Below, in pieces: positions 20,772 to 30,909 of a stretch of DNA of 64,000 nucleotides. Within the stretch, counting starts at the first letter, position 1, and every line of letters starts with the position of its first letter. The position numbers were made by a program, and so were the translations under genes. Source of the DNA: Candidatus Magasanikiibacteriota bacterium (GTDB lineage Bacteria > Patescibacteriota > Patescibacteriia > Magasanikbacterales > 2-02-FULL-50-9b); NCBI GenBank assembly GCA_903893485.1, contig CAITMK010000011.1:6636-70635 (forward strand). The letters are read 5' to 3'. The notes under the pieces were generated by a model. It searched no databases, was not told the origin of the DNA, and worked only from the letters and a program-made list of their open reading frames with translations.

Positions 20772-20875
20772 TCACTTCGCCACCCCAGCTCCTTCGCACG
20801 CTTCGCGTGCTCGGGCTTGGGGGCTCCGTTCGAAAGAAATTTCGAACGGAAGCGTTCAAATTTCTTTCTCACTTC
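20772..20875. repeat. Hairpin element with a duplicated tRNA-Thr 5' end
   Basis: tcacttcgccaccccagctc (20772) vs tcacttcgccactttagctc (20869), 17/20; core ccgagc-acgcgaagcgt-gcgaag on the - strand. Confidence 0.6.
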
Positions 20876-20951
20876 GCCACTTTAGCTCAGCTGGTAGAGC
20901 AATGCTTTCGTAAAGCAGAGGTCCCGAGTTCGATCCTCGGAAGTGGCTCCA
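20876..20951 (+). tRNA. tRNA-Thr(CGT)
   Basis: GCCACTT..AAGTGGC-TCCA; anticodon loop TTCGTAA. Confidence 0.95.
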
Positions 20952-20999
20952 TCCCAATCAATCTTTTCAAAAATCAAAATTTGTGCTACGCTTTCCTGT

Positions 21000-21518
21000 A
21001 TGACCGAGCAAGAATTTGCCGCCCTCATGAAACAGCACAATACACACGTTTTTCGTTTTGTGCGTCGCATGGTTGGCGATGAAGCCGTTGCTGAAGATAT
21101 TACGCAAGATGCGTTTATCAAAGCATGGAACTCAATCAACTCTTTTGACCCAGAAAAAAAGTTTTCAACTTGGATTTTTCAAATTGCAAAAAATACGGCC
21201 GTGGATGTGATGCGCAAAAAAAAGATTCCCGCGATTTCCGCGATTCAGCATGCGGATTACGATGGGGAAATCATTGATACCGTGGCTGATGTTACGCCGC
21301 TTCCGCCTCAGGTACTGGCCTCGGCAGAGCAGGCGCATGAGGTGCGTCAGGCCCTGGAATCACTCGCGCCACACGAAGCGCAAATTATTCAGCTTCACTT
21401 GGAAGAGGACATGACATTTGCGGACATCGCCGATTTATTAGAGGAGCCGATCGACACCATTAAAAGTCGCTATCGGCGCACCCTATTGAAGTTGCGGGCT
21501 AAATTTGCACCAAAATAA
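21000..21518 (+). CDS. ECF-type RNA polymerase sigma factor
   Basis: AEDITQDAFIKAW, FSTWIFQIAKN..D..RK and region-4 HTH. Confidence 0.92.
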   Translation: MTEQEFAALMKQHNTHVFRFVRRMVGDEAVAEDITQDAFIKAWNSINSFDPEKKFSTWIFQIAKNTAVDVMRKKKIPAISAIQHADYDGEIIDTVADVTPLPPQVLASAEQAHEVRQALESLAPHEAQIIQLHLEEDMTFADIADLLEEPIDTIKSRYRRTLLKLRAKFAPK

Positions 21519-21546
21519 GGGCACCCCGCGTATTACACGTAGAATT

Positions 21547-21972
21547 ATGACCTGGGAACAGCAATTACAATTAACTCTGCGAAATTCTGGTGCCGGGACA
21601 CCGGAAGATTTAGCACGGGCAGGTCGCATGCAAGCGGCATTTTTTGAGCATGTTCGCTTAGTGGCTAAGGTGCGATTGGTTTTGTTCAGCGCGGTGTTTG
21701 TGGCATCTTTAGGAGCATTTTTGTACCTGGTTCAAGATACTATTTCAGAGGCCGGTGCCACGGGTCTTACCGACGTATTACACTTGGCAATTTCTGATTG
21801 GTCATCCGTGATTGCGCAATGGCATTCATTTGCACTCTCACTCATCGAACTTTTACCGGTCGTTTCAATCGCCGGTGGATTGATTGCCTTGGTGGCCATG
21901 TTGGTTTCCATTGGTTATTCAGTTCAAGCTTGGAATAACGCACGCGGATTTCGCGTTGCAAATATAATGTAA
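21547..21972 (+). CDS. Membrane protein, possible anti-sigma factor
   Basis: Two TMs directly after the ECF sigma gene. Confidence 0.6.
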   Translation: MTWEQQLQLTLRNSGAGTPEDLARAGRMQAAFFEHVRLVAKVRLVLFSAVFVASLGAFLYLVQDTISEAGATGLTDVLHLAISDWSSVIAQWHSFALSLIELLPVVSIAGGLIALVAMLVSIGYSVQAWNNARGFRVANIM

Positions 21973-21973
21973 T

Positions 21974-22426
21974 ATGGAAAATTTCTTACGATCTAAAACG
22001 TTTAAAATCATAATCGCCGTGCTTCTTGCGGGTGCGTACACACTATTTATTTTTAGTGCAGGTATTATGGTTGGCTTCCACAAAGCTGAATTTACCAGTG
22101 AGTGGTACGAAGGGTATCGTCAAAATTTTATGGGATCGCCCATTGGCGGTCATCACGGATCACTTTTGCCCGGCATGAATCCGATGAGTAGTCATTCGGT
22201 CGCGGGAAATATCATTTCTATCGATGCATCAGCATTGATTATTAAAACCGCCGACGGTGTTGAAAAAACAGTCATTGTAACCGACGACACTTCGGTGCGC
22301 GCAAATCGCGATGATGTAAAATTAACTGACTTAAAAGTTGGCAATCATGTGGTGATTATTGGATCACCAAATGATAAGGGTCAAATTACGGCAGCACTTA
22401 TTCGAGTGGTAGATCAAAATTTTTAA
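21974..22426 (+). CDS. Membrane-anchored OB-fold (DUF5666-like) protein
   Basis: TM plus GNIISID..T.V..DLKVG.HVVIIG..G.ITA. Confidence 0.7.
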   Translation: MENFLRSKTFKIIIAVLLAGAYTLFIFSAGIMVGFHKAEFTSEWYEGYRQNFMGSPIGGHHGSLLPGMNPMSSHSVAGNIISIDASALIIKTADGVEKTVIVTDDTSVRANRDDVKLTDLKVGNHVVIIGSPNDKGQITAALIRVVDQNF

Positions 22427-22427
22427 T

Positions 22428-24146
22428 ATGACAAAAGAAGATTTAAAACGTCCACGTGTTTGGGGAAGCGCGCTTATTCTGATTGCGATTGCAGGGTATT
22501 GGGTCTATCACAATAATGCTTCAAAACCAGATATTCATTATGTTACCGCGACCGTAGCTAAAACCACTTTGGTTTCAGCGTTGTCTGGTACCGGGCAGGT
22601 AAGTTCAGAAAATAAAATTGATCTAAAATCAGAAATTTCTGGAACGGTTGTGGCGGTTCCGGTTGTGGTTGGCCAGCAAGTTAAAATGGGTCAAACGATT
22701 GCGCAATTTGATGCACGTACCGCACTGGTTTCGTATAATAGCGCCAAGGCAAGTCTGGAAAGTGCCAAGGCAAATTACGACAAAATTGTCGCAGGTATTA
22801 CGAGCACTGATTTAACAATTGCACAAACGTCGCTTAAAAGTGCACAATTAAATTTGGATAATGCAAAGAAAAATAAAGATCGCACCTCGCAGCAACAAGA
22901 TATTTTGGTTGCGAATGCGCTTCGTTCATTACTTAACTCAACACTTACCGCGCAGCCAGCGACAAATAATGTTACAACCGCAAATCCAACTATTTCTGGT
23001 ACGTATACCGCTCCAGAGCAGGGCCAATATCAGATTTCGCTTTATCAGAGTGGCTCTGGCTTACATTATTTGGTAAATGGCTTAGAAACTTTTGAAGGCG
23101 TGGTAAATTATACTTCGCCGTCGCCATTGGGTTCTAAGGGCTTATTTATTCAGTTTCCAGCGAATGCAAATATTTCGGATACCTGGACCGTACCAATTCC
23201 AAACACGCAAGCAACTAATTATATTGCAAACAGCAATGCCTATTCTGCAGCACTTGAGGCGCGCACCACCGCACTTTCAGACGCGGATTCAAGCATTCAG
23301 AGTGCAGAATTAAATGTGGAGCAAGCTCAAGCAACCTTTGCGCAAAAAACACAAGCAGCTTTGCCGTCTGATGTTGCAGCAGCGCAAGCGCAGGTAGATA
23401 GCGCCGCAGCGCAGGTACAATCAGCACAAATTACACTTGCAAACGCAACATTGCGTGCACCGTTTGATGGAACAATTTCAGCAGTTTCGGTGCAACGTGG
23501 CGACCAAGCGGGAAGTGGTACACTAATCGCATCACTTATTACCACGGGGCAGGTGGCTAAAATTACGTTAAATGAAGTTGATGCCGCGAAGGTGGTGGTA
23601 GGTCAAAAAGCAACTTTAACTTTTGATGCAATAGATACGTTAACGATCGCGGGTCATGTGGCAGCGATTGATCCAGTCGGTACGGTTACTCAGGGCGTAG
23701 TGAGTTATACCGTAACGATTGCGCTCGATACGCAGAATGATCAAATTAAATCTGGCATGAGTGTTTCAGCCTCAATTATTTTAGCCGCTAAAACTGATGT
23801 GCTTGCAGTTCCATCGAGTGCGGTAAAATCACAAGGAGCTTCAAACTATGTTGATTTATTCGCGCCAAACACGGTATTCACAACCGTTGCTGGAACCGTT
23901 GGCGCTCGTGCATCCGCAGTCCCAACTCATCAAACCGTTGTAGTCGGCATGTCATCAGATTCAATGATCGAAATTACGAGCGGCTTGCAAGAAGGCGATT
24001 TAGTCGCAACACAAACCGTGGATGTTAACGCCTCAAAGACCACGGCCGCAAGTAGCGCGAGCAGCATTCGTATTCCTGGCTTAACGACAGGTGGCGGCGC
24101 CGGTGGTGCTGGTGCAGCACGAGCTGGTGGTCGCGCTGGCGGCTAA
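22428..24146 (+). CDS. MacA/HlyD-like membrane fusion protein
   Basis: Lipoyl-like half motifs, long coiled coil, LRAPFDGTI, EITSGLQEGD. Confidence 0.88.
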   Translation: MTKEDLKRPRVWGSALILIAIAGYWVYHNNASKPDIHYVTATVAKTTLVSALSGTGQVSSENKIDLKSEISGTVVAVPVVVGQQVKMGQTIAQFDARTALVSYNSAKASLESAKANYDKIVAGITSTDLTIAQTSLKSAQLNLDNAKKNKDRTSQQQDILVANALRSLLNSTLTAQPATNNVTTANPTISGTYTAPEQGQYQISLYQSGSGLHYLVNGLETFEGVVNYTSPSPLGSKGLFIQFPANANISDTWTVPIPNTQATNYIANSNAYSAALEARTTALSDADSSIQSAELNVEQAQATFAQKTQAALPSDVAAAQAQVDSAAAQVQSAQITLANATLRAPFDGTISAVSVQRGDQAGSGTLIASLITTGQVAKITLNEVDAAKVVVGQKATLTFDAIDTLTIAGHVAAIDPVGTVTQGVVSYTVTIALDTQNDQIKSGMSVSASIILAAKTDVLAVPSSAVKSQGASNYVDLFAPNTVFTTVAGTVGARASAVPTHQTVVVGMSSDSMIEITSGLQEGDLVATQTVDVNASKTTAASSASSIRIPGLTTGGGAGGAGAARAGGRAGG

Positions 24147-24147
24147 T

Positions 24148-24858
24148 ATGATCGAACTTAAAAACATTACTAAAACGTACACAAATAATAATCTATCCCT
24201 GCAAGTGCTCAAAGGAATTACTTTTAGCATCGAGGATGGTGAATTTGTGGCGATCATGGGTCCATCTGGTTCGGGCAAATCAACACTCATGCATATTATT
24301 GGTGCGCTTGATACGCCAACGTCTGGCCAATATTTGCTCGACGGTCATGATGTTTCAACTTTGGCCGAAGATGAACTCGCGCGAATTAGAAAAACAAAAA
24401 TTGGTTTTGTTTTTCAAGCGTTTAATTTGTTACCACGCGCTACGGTGCTTCGTAACGCATCGCTTCCACTTATGTATGCGGGCGTGCCAAAAGAAGAGCG
24501 TGATGATCGTGCTAAAAAAGCACTGCTTGCTGCAGGACTCTTGGAATCGCATTTCATGCATTTATCAAATCAATTATCGGGTGGTCAAATGCAGCGTGTT
24601 GCAATTGCACGTGCGCTGGTAAATAATCCATCACTTATTTTGGCCGACGAACCAACCGGTAATTTGGATTCAAAAACCGGCAATGTGGTGCTCGGCACAT
24701 TTCAAAAGCTAAATCGGGAAGGGCACACTATTGTTTTGATTACTCACGAGCGTGATGTGGCAGAACATGCGCAGCGCATCATTTTTTTACGCGATGGCGT
24801 GATAGAATCTGATGATCGTTCTCATGTACAACGTAAACAATCCTATGACAACGCGTGA
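24148..24858 (+). CDS. MacB/LolD-type ABC ATPase
   Basis: [22 protein letters not shown] and ADEPTGNLD motifs. Confidence 0.93.
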   Translation: MIELKNITKTYTNNNLSLQVLKGITFSIEDGEFVAIMGPSGSGKSTLMHIIGALDTPTSGQYLLDGHDVSTLAEDELARIRKTKIGFVFQAFNLLPRATVLRNASLPLMYAGVPKEERDDRAKKALLAAGLLESHFMHLSNQLSGGQMQRVAIARALVNNPSLILADEPTGNLDSKTGNVVLGTFQKLNREGHTIVLITHERDVAEHAQRIIFLRDGVIESDDRSHVQRKQSYDNA

Positions 24859-26068
24859 TATTTTAGAAGAAACCTATTGGGCGCTTTCGGGCAACAAAGT
24901 GCGTAGCGCACTTACCATGCTCGGTATTGTGATTGGTATCGGATCGGTGATCGCGATGGTTGCGGTTGGCCAAGGTGCGCAAGGTAGTATTCAATCAAGC
25001 ATCGAATCGGCCGGCTCAAATTTGGTTACCGTGGTGCCTGGTGCGCAGCGTGGCGTTGGTGTTTCAGTGAGTGGCGGCCGTGGAACTGCTACGACACTTA
25101 CGCAAGCAGATGCGGATGCGATTATTGCACAGATCACTGACGCACGCGCGGTTTCGCCAGAACTTTCACGCCGTTATCAGGTTACCTCAAAAGGGACAAA
25201 TACAAACACAACGGTGAACGGTACGGTTGCGGCATACACCGACGTGCATAATATACAAATTGACTCGGGTGTTTTTATTTCGGATGATAATGTTAAATCA
25301 CTTGCGAAAGTTGCGGTGATTGGGCCAACGACGCGCGATGATTTGTTTGGTGTTGGATCCGATCCGGTTGGACAAACCATAAAAATTAATTCAAATATTT
25401 TTAAAGTTATTGGTGTCACTGTTGCAAAGGGTGGAACTGGGTTTAATAATCCGGATGATATTGTATACGTGCCAATCAGTACCGCGCAGCGTTTCTTGGC
25501 AGGCGACACCTATGTTTCAACGGTGAGTGTTGCGGCGGTAAGTAGCGATGCTATGTCATCAATTAAAGATCAAATTACATCGCTGCTTCTGACGCGTCAC
25601 AAAATGTCAGATCCAACTACTGCGGATTTTACCGTACAAAGTCAAGCTGATATTTTAGCAACCGCATCAACCGTAACAAATACATTTACCATGCTTCTTG
25701 CATCAATTGCGGGCATTTCGCTCCTCGTTGGTGGTATTGGTATTATGAACATGATGCTTACCACGGTTACCGAACGCACGCGTGAAATTGGTTTACGCAA
25801 GGCGATTGGTGCGGAGCGCCGCGACATAAGCGTTCAATTTTTAATGGAAGCAATTTCATTAACATTTATTGGCGGGTTCTTTGGTATTATTTTGGGGTGG
25901 CTGATAGCGCAGATTATTTCCAGTTTTGCCGGGCTATCCACCACCATTTCAATTTCATCTGTTGCTCTTTCTTTTGGCGTGTCCGCGGCGATCGGCATCG
26001 TGTTTGGGTATTACCCAGCGCGGCGTGCGGCGCGGCTTAGCCCAATCGAGGCGCTCAGATACGAATAA
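24845..26068 (+). CDS. MacB-type ABC permease
   Basis: RSALTMLGIVIGI, ERTREIGLRKAIGA and PIEALRYE motifs. Confidence 0.93.
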   Translation: MTTRDILEETYWALSGNKVRSALTMLGIVIGIGSVIAMVAVGQGAQGSIQSSIESAGSNLVTVVPGAQRGVGVSVSGGRGTATTLTQADADAIIAQITDARAVSPELSRRYQVTSKGTNTNTTVNGTVAAYTDVHNIQIDSGVFISDDNVKSLAKVAVIGPTTRDDLFGVGSDPVGQTIKINSNIFKVIGVTVAKGGTGFNNPDDIVYVPISTAQRFLAGDTYVSTVSVAAVSSDAMSSIKDQITSLLLTRHKMSDPTTADFTVQSQADILATASTVTNTFTMLLASIAGISLLVGGIGIMNMMLTTVTERTREIGLRKAIGAERRDISVQFLMEAISLTFIGGFFGIILGWLIAQIISSFAGLSTTISISSVALSFGVSAAIGIVFGYYPARRAARLSPIEALRYE

Positions 26069-26089
26069 TTCATTTAGTAATCATATTTT

Positions 26090-26530
26090 ATGAAAACACA
26101 TTTTATTGTGATCATTGGAGTCGTTGCTTTACTCGCCGGTTTTTTTGGCGGCATTGAATACGCTAAGTCAACGCAACCAGCGGTGGATCAGAATGCAGCC
26201 CTTGCAGGTCGCGGTCCAGGCGGCGCGGGTGCACGTGCGGGTCGTGGCGGTCAGGGTATGGGTGGATTTACCACGGGTAAAATTATTGCGCAAGATGCCA
26301 CCAGCATTACCGTTCAGCTTCGCGATGGCAGTTCAAAAATTGTTTTGATTGCAGGATCAACTGAATATTCAAAAATGGTTGCGGGCACTATTGCCGATAT
26401 GGTTATTGGCAAACAGGTGAGTGTATCTGGCACCGCAAATTCAGATGGTAGTATTACGGCGCAGACAATCCAGCTTCGCCCAGACATGGTAGCAGTACCA
26501 GGAGCCGCAGCAACAAGCACAAAAAAATAA
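26090..26530 (+). CDS. Membrane-anchored DUF5666-like protein
   Basis: TM, Gly-rich linker, GKII..SITV..G.QVSVSG..NSDGSITA. Confidence 0.72.
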   Translation: MKTHFIVIIGVVALLAGFFGGIEYAKSTQPAVDQNAALAGRGPGGAGARAGRGGQGMGGFTTGKIIAQDATSITVQLRDGSSKIVLIAGSTEYSKMVAGTIADMVIGKQVSVSGTANSDGSITAQTIQLRPDMVAVPGAAATSTKK

Positions 26531-26548
26531 ATTAAAGATAAAAATCGC

Positions 26549-26581
26549 CGGCACCCAATTATACATTGGGTGCCGGTTTTA
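26549..26581 (+). terminator. Terminator after the ABC operon
   Basis: ccggcacccaat-tatac-attgggtgccgg-tttt. Confidence 0.8.
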
Positions 26582-26633
26582 ATTTGTGAGTATCCCGTCG
26601 CATTTAAAATGCAATTCATGATATAATCATTTT

Positions 26634-27314
26634 ATGATTAGACTCGATGCTGTTTCGAAAATATATCCGGGTGATGTTGCCGCGTTAAGCAACGTGCATT
26701 TGCATATCGGAGCTGGTGAATTTGTTTCTATTGTGGGCCAAAGTGGCACGGGCAAAACAACTTTGGTAAAACTCTTAATTGCCGAAGAGTCTCCAACCCA
26801 TGGAAAAATTGAAATCGGCGGCTGGGATATTTCAAAAATTCGCCAGGGAGATGTACCGCTGCTTCGCCGGCAGATGGGCGTAATTTTTCAAGATTTTAAA
26901 TTGTTGCCAAATAAAACCGGCGCCGAAAATATTGCATTTGCACTTGAAGTTGCGGGTGAAAAACGCGCGCATATTCAATTGGCGGTAAAACAACTATTGG
27001 AATTGGTTGGTATGCAACATGCGGCCGATCGATTTCCACATCAAATGTCTGGCGGCGAGCAACAGCGCGTTGCCATCGCGCGCGCCCTGGCTCACAAACC
27101 AAAAATTTTGGTCGCCGACGAACCAACAGGGAATTTAGATACGCTTAGCACCGAAGAAGTGATTCGCATTTTAAAAAAAATAAATGAATTTGGCACCACG
27201 GTTTTATTAGTTACCCATAACCGCGATGTGGTGAACGGTTTGCAGCGTCGCGTGGTGACGCTCGATAAAGGCCGCGTATTACATGATCAAAAAACTGGAA
27301 AATATGTCATCTAA
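26634..27314 (+). CDS. ftsE: Cell division ATPase FtsE
   Basis: [28 protein letters not shown]; adjacent to ftsX. Confidence 0.92.
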   Translation: MIRLDAVSKIYPGDVAALSNVHLHIGAGEFVSIVGQSGTGKTTLVKLLIAEESPTHGKIEIGGWDISKIRQGDVPLLRRQMGVIFQDFKLLPNKTGAENIAFALEVAGEKRAHIQLAVKQLLELVGMQHAADRFPHQMSGGEQQRVAIARALAHKPKILVADEPTGNLDTLSTEEVIRILKKINEFGTTVLLVTHNRDVVNGLQRRVVTLDKGRVLHDQKTGKYVI

Positions 27315-28245
27315 AAAATATCGCGCAAATTTTTTAATTGTGTGGGGCCGCATTATTGCGCATGCCGGGCAAAATATGTGGCGCAATGCAAGTTTGGCTT
27401 TGGTCACCATTACCATTTTAGTGTTGTCGTTAATTTCAGTTAATGCGCTTTTGGCCGTGCGCGCCGCAACAACCGCGGCCGTGACGGCCGTTAACAAACA
27501 AGTTGATTTAAGTTTATTTTTTGAACCAGCCGCACCAGAAAAAACGATAACTGATATCGTTGCTTATTTACAGGCCGTGCCAAATGTTACTTCGGTTGAA
27601 TATACGAATCCCGATCAAGCGCTTGCGGCGTTCCGCGCGCGCCATGCAAACAACGACGAGATTTTAAAATCGCTTGATGTGCTTGGCGAAAATCCACTAG
27701 GCGCACTCGTGGTGGTGCATGCGGGTTCGGCCGGGGATTATCCAGCGATTATCTCACTGGTGCAAGCGCAGCCATGGAATACGCTTATTCAGCAGCGCTC
27801 CTTTGAAGACAAAACGCAAATTGCATCGCGCGTTGAATTGTTAACGTCACGCGCACGTACGGGTTCAATTGTCTTGGCGATCTTATTTTCGCTCATCGCG
27901 ATCATGATTATTTTTAACACGGTACGCGTTGCAATTTATACACAGCGCGATGAAATTGCAATTAAAAAATTAGTTGGCGCAACAAATGGGTTTATTCGTG
28001 CACCATTTTTTGTGGAGGGTTTTGTGTATGTGGTGATTGCGTGTGCGGTGGTTATCGGCTTGCTTGCGGCAACCGCGCGCGTGGTGGATCCATTTTTGGG
28101 CCCGCTATTTTCTGATGGCGGATTTTCGTTGCATACCTTATTTTTTGCAGCCCCATACGAGCTTCTTGTTGCGGAAACAATTATCGTTTTGCTACTTACC
28201 TGGATTACCTCGGCTTTTGCAATGCGAAGATATTTGCGGACGTAA
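27304..28245 (+). CDS. ftsX: Cell division permease FtsX
   Basis: WRN, ENPLG and IFNTVRVAIYTQRDEI.IKKLVGAT..FIRAPF motifs. Confidence 0.92.
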   Translation: MSSKKYRANFLIVWGRIIAHAGQNMWRNASLALVTITILVLSLISVNALLAVRAATTAAVTAVNKQVDLSLFFEPAAPEKTITDIVAYLQAVPNVTSVEYTNPDQALAAFRARHANNDEILKSLDVLGENPLGALVVVHAGSAGDYPAIISLVQAQPWNTLIQQRSFEDKTQIASRVELLTSRARTGSIVLAILFSLIAIMIIFNTVRVAIYTQRDEIAIKKLVGATNGFIRAPFFVEGFVYVVIACAVVIGLLAATARVVDPFLGPLFSDGGFSLHTLFFAAPYELLVAETIIVLLLTWITSAFAMRRYLRT

Positions 28246-28295
28246 ATTGACAAAGTTCGATTTTTTTGGCAAACTAGTGGCTGTAATATCTCTAT

Positions 28296-28369
28296 TCCGA
28301 GATCGTCTAATGGTAGGACAGCGGCCTTTGAAGCCGTATATCATGGTTCGAATCCATGTCTCGGAGCCA
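28296..28369 (+). tRNA. tRNA-Gln(TTG)
   Basis: TCCGAGA..TCTCGGA-GCCA; anticodon loop CTTTGAA; upstream TTGACA-17-CAAACT. Confidence 0.94.
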
Positions 28370-28407
28370 AAGAAAAATACTCACTTTCGGGTGAGTATTT
28401 TTCTTTT
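28369..28407 (+). terminator. Terminator after tRNA-Gln
   Basis: aaagaaaaatactcac-tttcgg-gtgagtatttttcttt. Confidence 0.85.
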
Positions 28408-28513
28408 GTTTAACGGGCGGAATTATATTGACTTTTTTAAACAATTTTGCTAGTCTTTACCTGTCGGGAGAAAATCTGCTGACATAGTGCGCTGCGGCGC
28501 GAGGAGAACACCA

Positions 28514-29263
28514 ATGCTGCGTTTGAAATTTATAGTAAATGGAACAACCATTTCCACGACCTACGATCTGGTTATGGAGGATGGTGAAACCAACCTGGTG
28601 ATCCAAACCACCGAGGGTTTGGAGGTTGTTGAAACGGAAAATCAGACCTTTGCGCGGCTGGCGGAGTGTCTGGCATATCCGAAGATGCACCCGATTATTC
28701 GGCGGGCACTGGTGGCGAAGATTGAACTCGAAGGAGGCTTGAGCTTCTTGAGCCAGCTGAGTGATTTGCCACTCATGGTGGTTGGCCCTCAGATTGAGGG
28801 AAAAGATTTGCGTTCGGGCAACTTTATCCGGATAACCCCGGCGGTGCTCGAAGCCCATGTCGCCGAGAAAAAGGCTGCGACGAAGATCGAGTCGATTACG
28901 CAGGAACTCATCGCGAAGTATGGCATCGATCACGCGGATGCGCAGCGGATTGCGCGCGCCTCAACAAACGGTCAAATCGCGCTGCGTGTGATCGAAGCGT
29001 GCGAATATTCTTTTCAGCCGAAGCCGAATGATGTCCATTGGACAATTCGTCGTCGCACGCTTTTGTACATGGCCATGGCGGCAGCTGAAGAGAACTTTGA
29101 TACTGACCGCAGTCGTAGTGTAGAAATTGCGGCAGCCTTTGCGGCCCATCGCCTTCCTCTGCCACACATGCTCACGTCCGCCCAATTGCCGCACTTTTTC
29201 CGTGGCGTCTGCGCGGCGCTCGAAAGTCGGTATTTTGTTCAGAAGGTTCTCATTCCCGAGTAG
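28514..29263 (+). CDS. Hypothetical protein (GC-rich cassette 2)
   Basis: TTGACT-17-TAGTCT promoter at 28428, GAGGAG SD, hairpin plus U-tract at 29284-29343. Confidence 0.7.
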   Translation: MLRLKFIVNGTTISTTYDLVMEDGETNLVIQTTEGLEVVETENQTFARLAECLAYPKMHPIIRRALVAKIELEGGLSFLSQLSDLPLMVVGPQIEGKDLRSGNFIRITPAVLEAHVAEKKAATKIESITQELIAKYGIDHADAQRIARASTNGQIALRVIEACEYSFQPKPNDVHWTIRRRTLLYMAMAAAEENFDTDRSRSVEIAAAFAAHRLPLPHMLTSAQLPHFFRGVCAALESRYFVQKVLIPE

Positions 29264-29334
29264 CGCATCGGGTCCGCAGATTCTGTCCCACTCCCTTGAT
29301 CGCATGTATTGGCTGATCGGGGGGTGGGCATTTT

Positions 29335-29736
29335 TTATTTTTTCGAATCCACACAATCAGTATACGTTGCGATATTTTTTTCCCAGAATGTCACACTCGA
29401 GCCTTTATTCCACAGCACTAACGAATCATCGGCGGTGGCATAGCGAGCTCCATCAGCAGAAATTGTTTGCGGTAAAGTAAAATCGCGACCATCGCTCAGG
29501 GATATTTTCGCTGAGCCAGTTGGGGTGGGCATCGCATCCTGACTCACAGGTGCGATTTGTGGTTGTTCATAAAATATAACGTGGACACTTTTGTTATCGG
29601 GGCATGCAAATGTAGCATCAGCCACGATCGTTTTTTTATCAGCAGGCGATAGAGCTGAAATCCGAAAACGCCAGAATACGATCAGGGTGGAGCCTACTAT
29701 TAAAAAAAGTACTAGCAATATCAAATATTTTTTCAT
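29335..29736 (-). CDS. MliC-family lysozyme inhibitor-like protein
   Basis: N-terminal TM; FAC..LPQTISADGARY..LWNKG..C. Confidence 0.8.
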   Translation of the reverse strand: MKKYLILLVLFLIVGSTLIVFWRFRISALSPADKKTIVADATFACPDNKSVHVIFYEQPQIAPVSQDAMPTPTGSAKISLSDGRDFTLPQTISADGARYATADDSLVLWNKGSSVTFWEKNIATYTDCVDSKK

Positions 29737-29811
29737 GTATAAAGCATAGCACGTTGCATAATCATTATCCACACTTGACATTTTTGTAATATCTGTAACG
29801 CTGGATACATT

Positions 29812-30372
29812 ATGAAACGTAAACATATCACTATTATCAGTACACTACTGATTTTGCTTATCGGTGTAGCGATACGCTCCCCAGCAATTAAAAATCTTAT
29901 TGCGCATAAGCCGCCCTCGCTACCGGCCCCAATAATAGTCTCTGCAAGTGAAACCGACATGGTTACGCGCACCGTTGATGGAGACACGTTTGTGGTTTGG
30001 CTCAATGGCACCGAAGAAAAAGTCCGTATGCTCGGCATGGATACCCCGGAAACAGTTGATCCGCGTAAGCCCGTACAATGTTTTGGTAAAGAGGCTAGCC
30101 ATCGCTTACATGACTTGCTCACGGGCGTTGTGGTGCGTCTAGAGCCAGATCCAACAAACGATAACCGCGATAAATACAATCGCATTTTACGATATGTATA
30201 TCTGCCCGATGGCACCGATGTAAATGCACAAATGATCCAGCAGGGTTACGCATTTGCATATACGGTTTTTCCATTTCAAAAACGCGAGGCATATTTGAAA
30301 CTGCAAACCGATGCACGGCAAAACGCGCGTGGCCTTTGGGCGCTCACCACCTGCGCTGGCAAGCACGGGTAA
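29812..30372 (+). CDS. Thermonuclease (SNase) family, exported
   Basis: VDGDT, VRMLGMDTPE, DKYNRILRYV and GLW motifs. Confidence 0.92.
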   Translation: MKRKHITIISTLLILLIGVAIRSPAIKNLIAHKPPSLPAPIIVSASETDMVTRTVDGDTFVVWLNGTEEKVRMLGMDTPETVDPRKPVQCFGKEASHRLHDLLTGVVVRLEPDPTNDNRDKYNRILRYVYLPDGTDVNAQMIQQGYAFAYTVFPFQKREAYLKLQTDARQNARGLWALTTCAGKHG

Positions 30373-30434
30373 AATTTGCTACACTTACGTCATCCGGCAC
30401 TTTTACGCCGATATCGTAAAAAATAAACATCGCT

Positions 30435-30908
30435 ATGATGTCAGGAAAATATTCTTGCAAGGACTGGGGCATGCTCCTCATTCGCTTAGCAGTTGCTTTT
30501 GTCTTTATTCAGCATGGTGTTCAGAAATTAGGCAATATGCCAATGACCGTTGGATTTTTTGGAACGCTTGGTATGCCAGCTGCACTCGCATGGGTTGTTG
30601 CAATTGGTGAAGTATTAGCAGGTGTTTTGGTACTTCTTGGTGCATGGACCAAATGGGCAGGATATTTTGTTGCAATCGTAATGCTTGTTGCAATTTTGAC
30701 CGCAAAACGCAAAATGGGTTTCACCGCTTGGGATCTTGAATTATCAATGCTTTTTGTAGCACTTGGTCTTTCATGCACAGGTCCTGGTGCAATTGCGCTT
30801 CACGCGGGTTGTGGATGCTGCGCAGGTTCTTGCGCAAAGGGCAAAAATTGCCAGGGCGCTTGCTGCGGCAAGGGTGAAAAACCACAAGGCGGTTGCTGCC
30901 GAAACTAA
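30435..30908 (+). CDS. DoxX family membrane protein with Cys-rich tail
   Basis: RLAVAFVFIQHGVQKL..GE..G..G.GPG; nine Cys in the last ~32 aa. Confidence 0.87.
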   Translation: MMSGKYSCKDWGMLLIRLAVAFVFIQHGVQKLGNMPMTVGFFGTLGMPAALAWVVAIGEVLAGVLVLLGAWTKWAGYFVAIVMLVAILTAKRKMGFTAWDLELSMLFVALGLSCTGPGAIALHAGCGCCAGSCAKGKNCQGACCGKGEKPQGGCCRN

Positions 30909-30909
30909 T

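Noticed and set aside
29765-29773. Replication origin
   Set aside because: Single DnaA box; no box cluster, unwinding element or dnaA nearby
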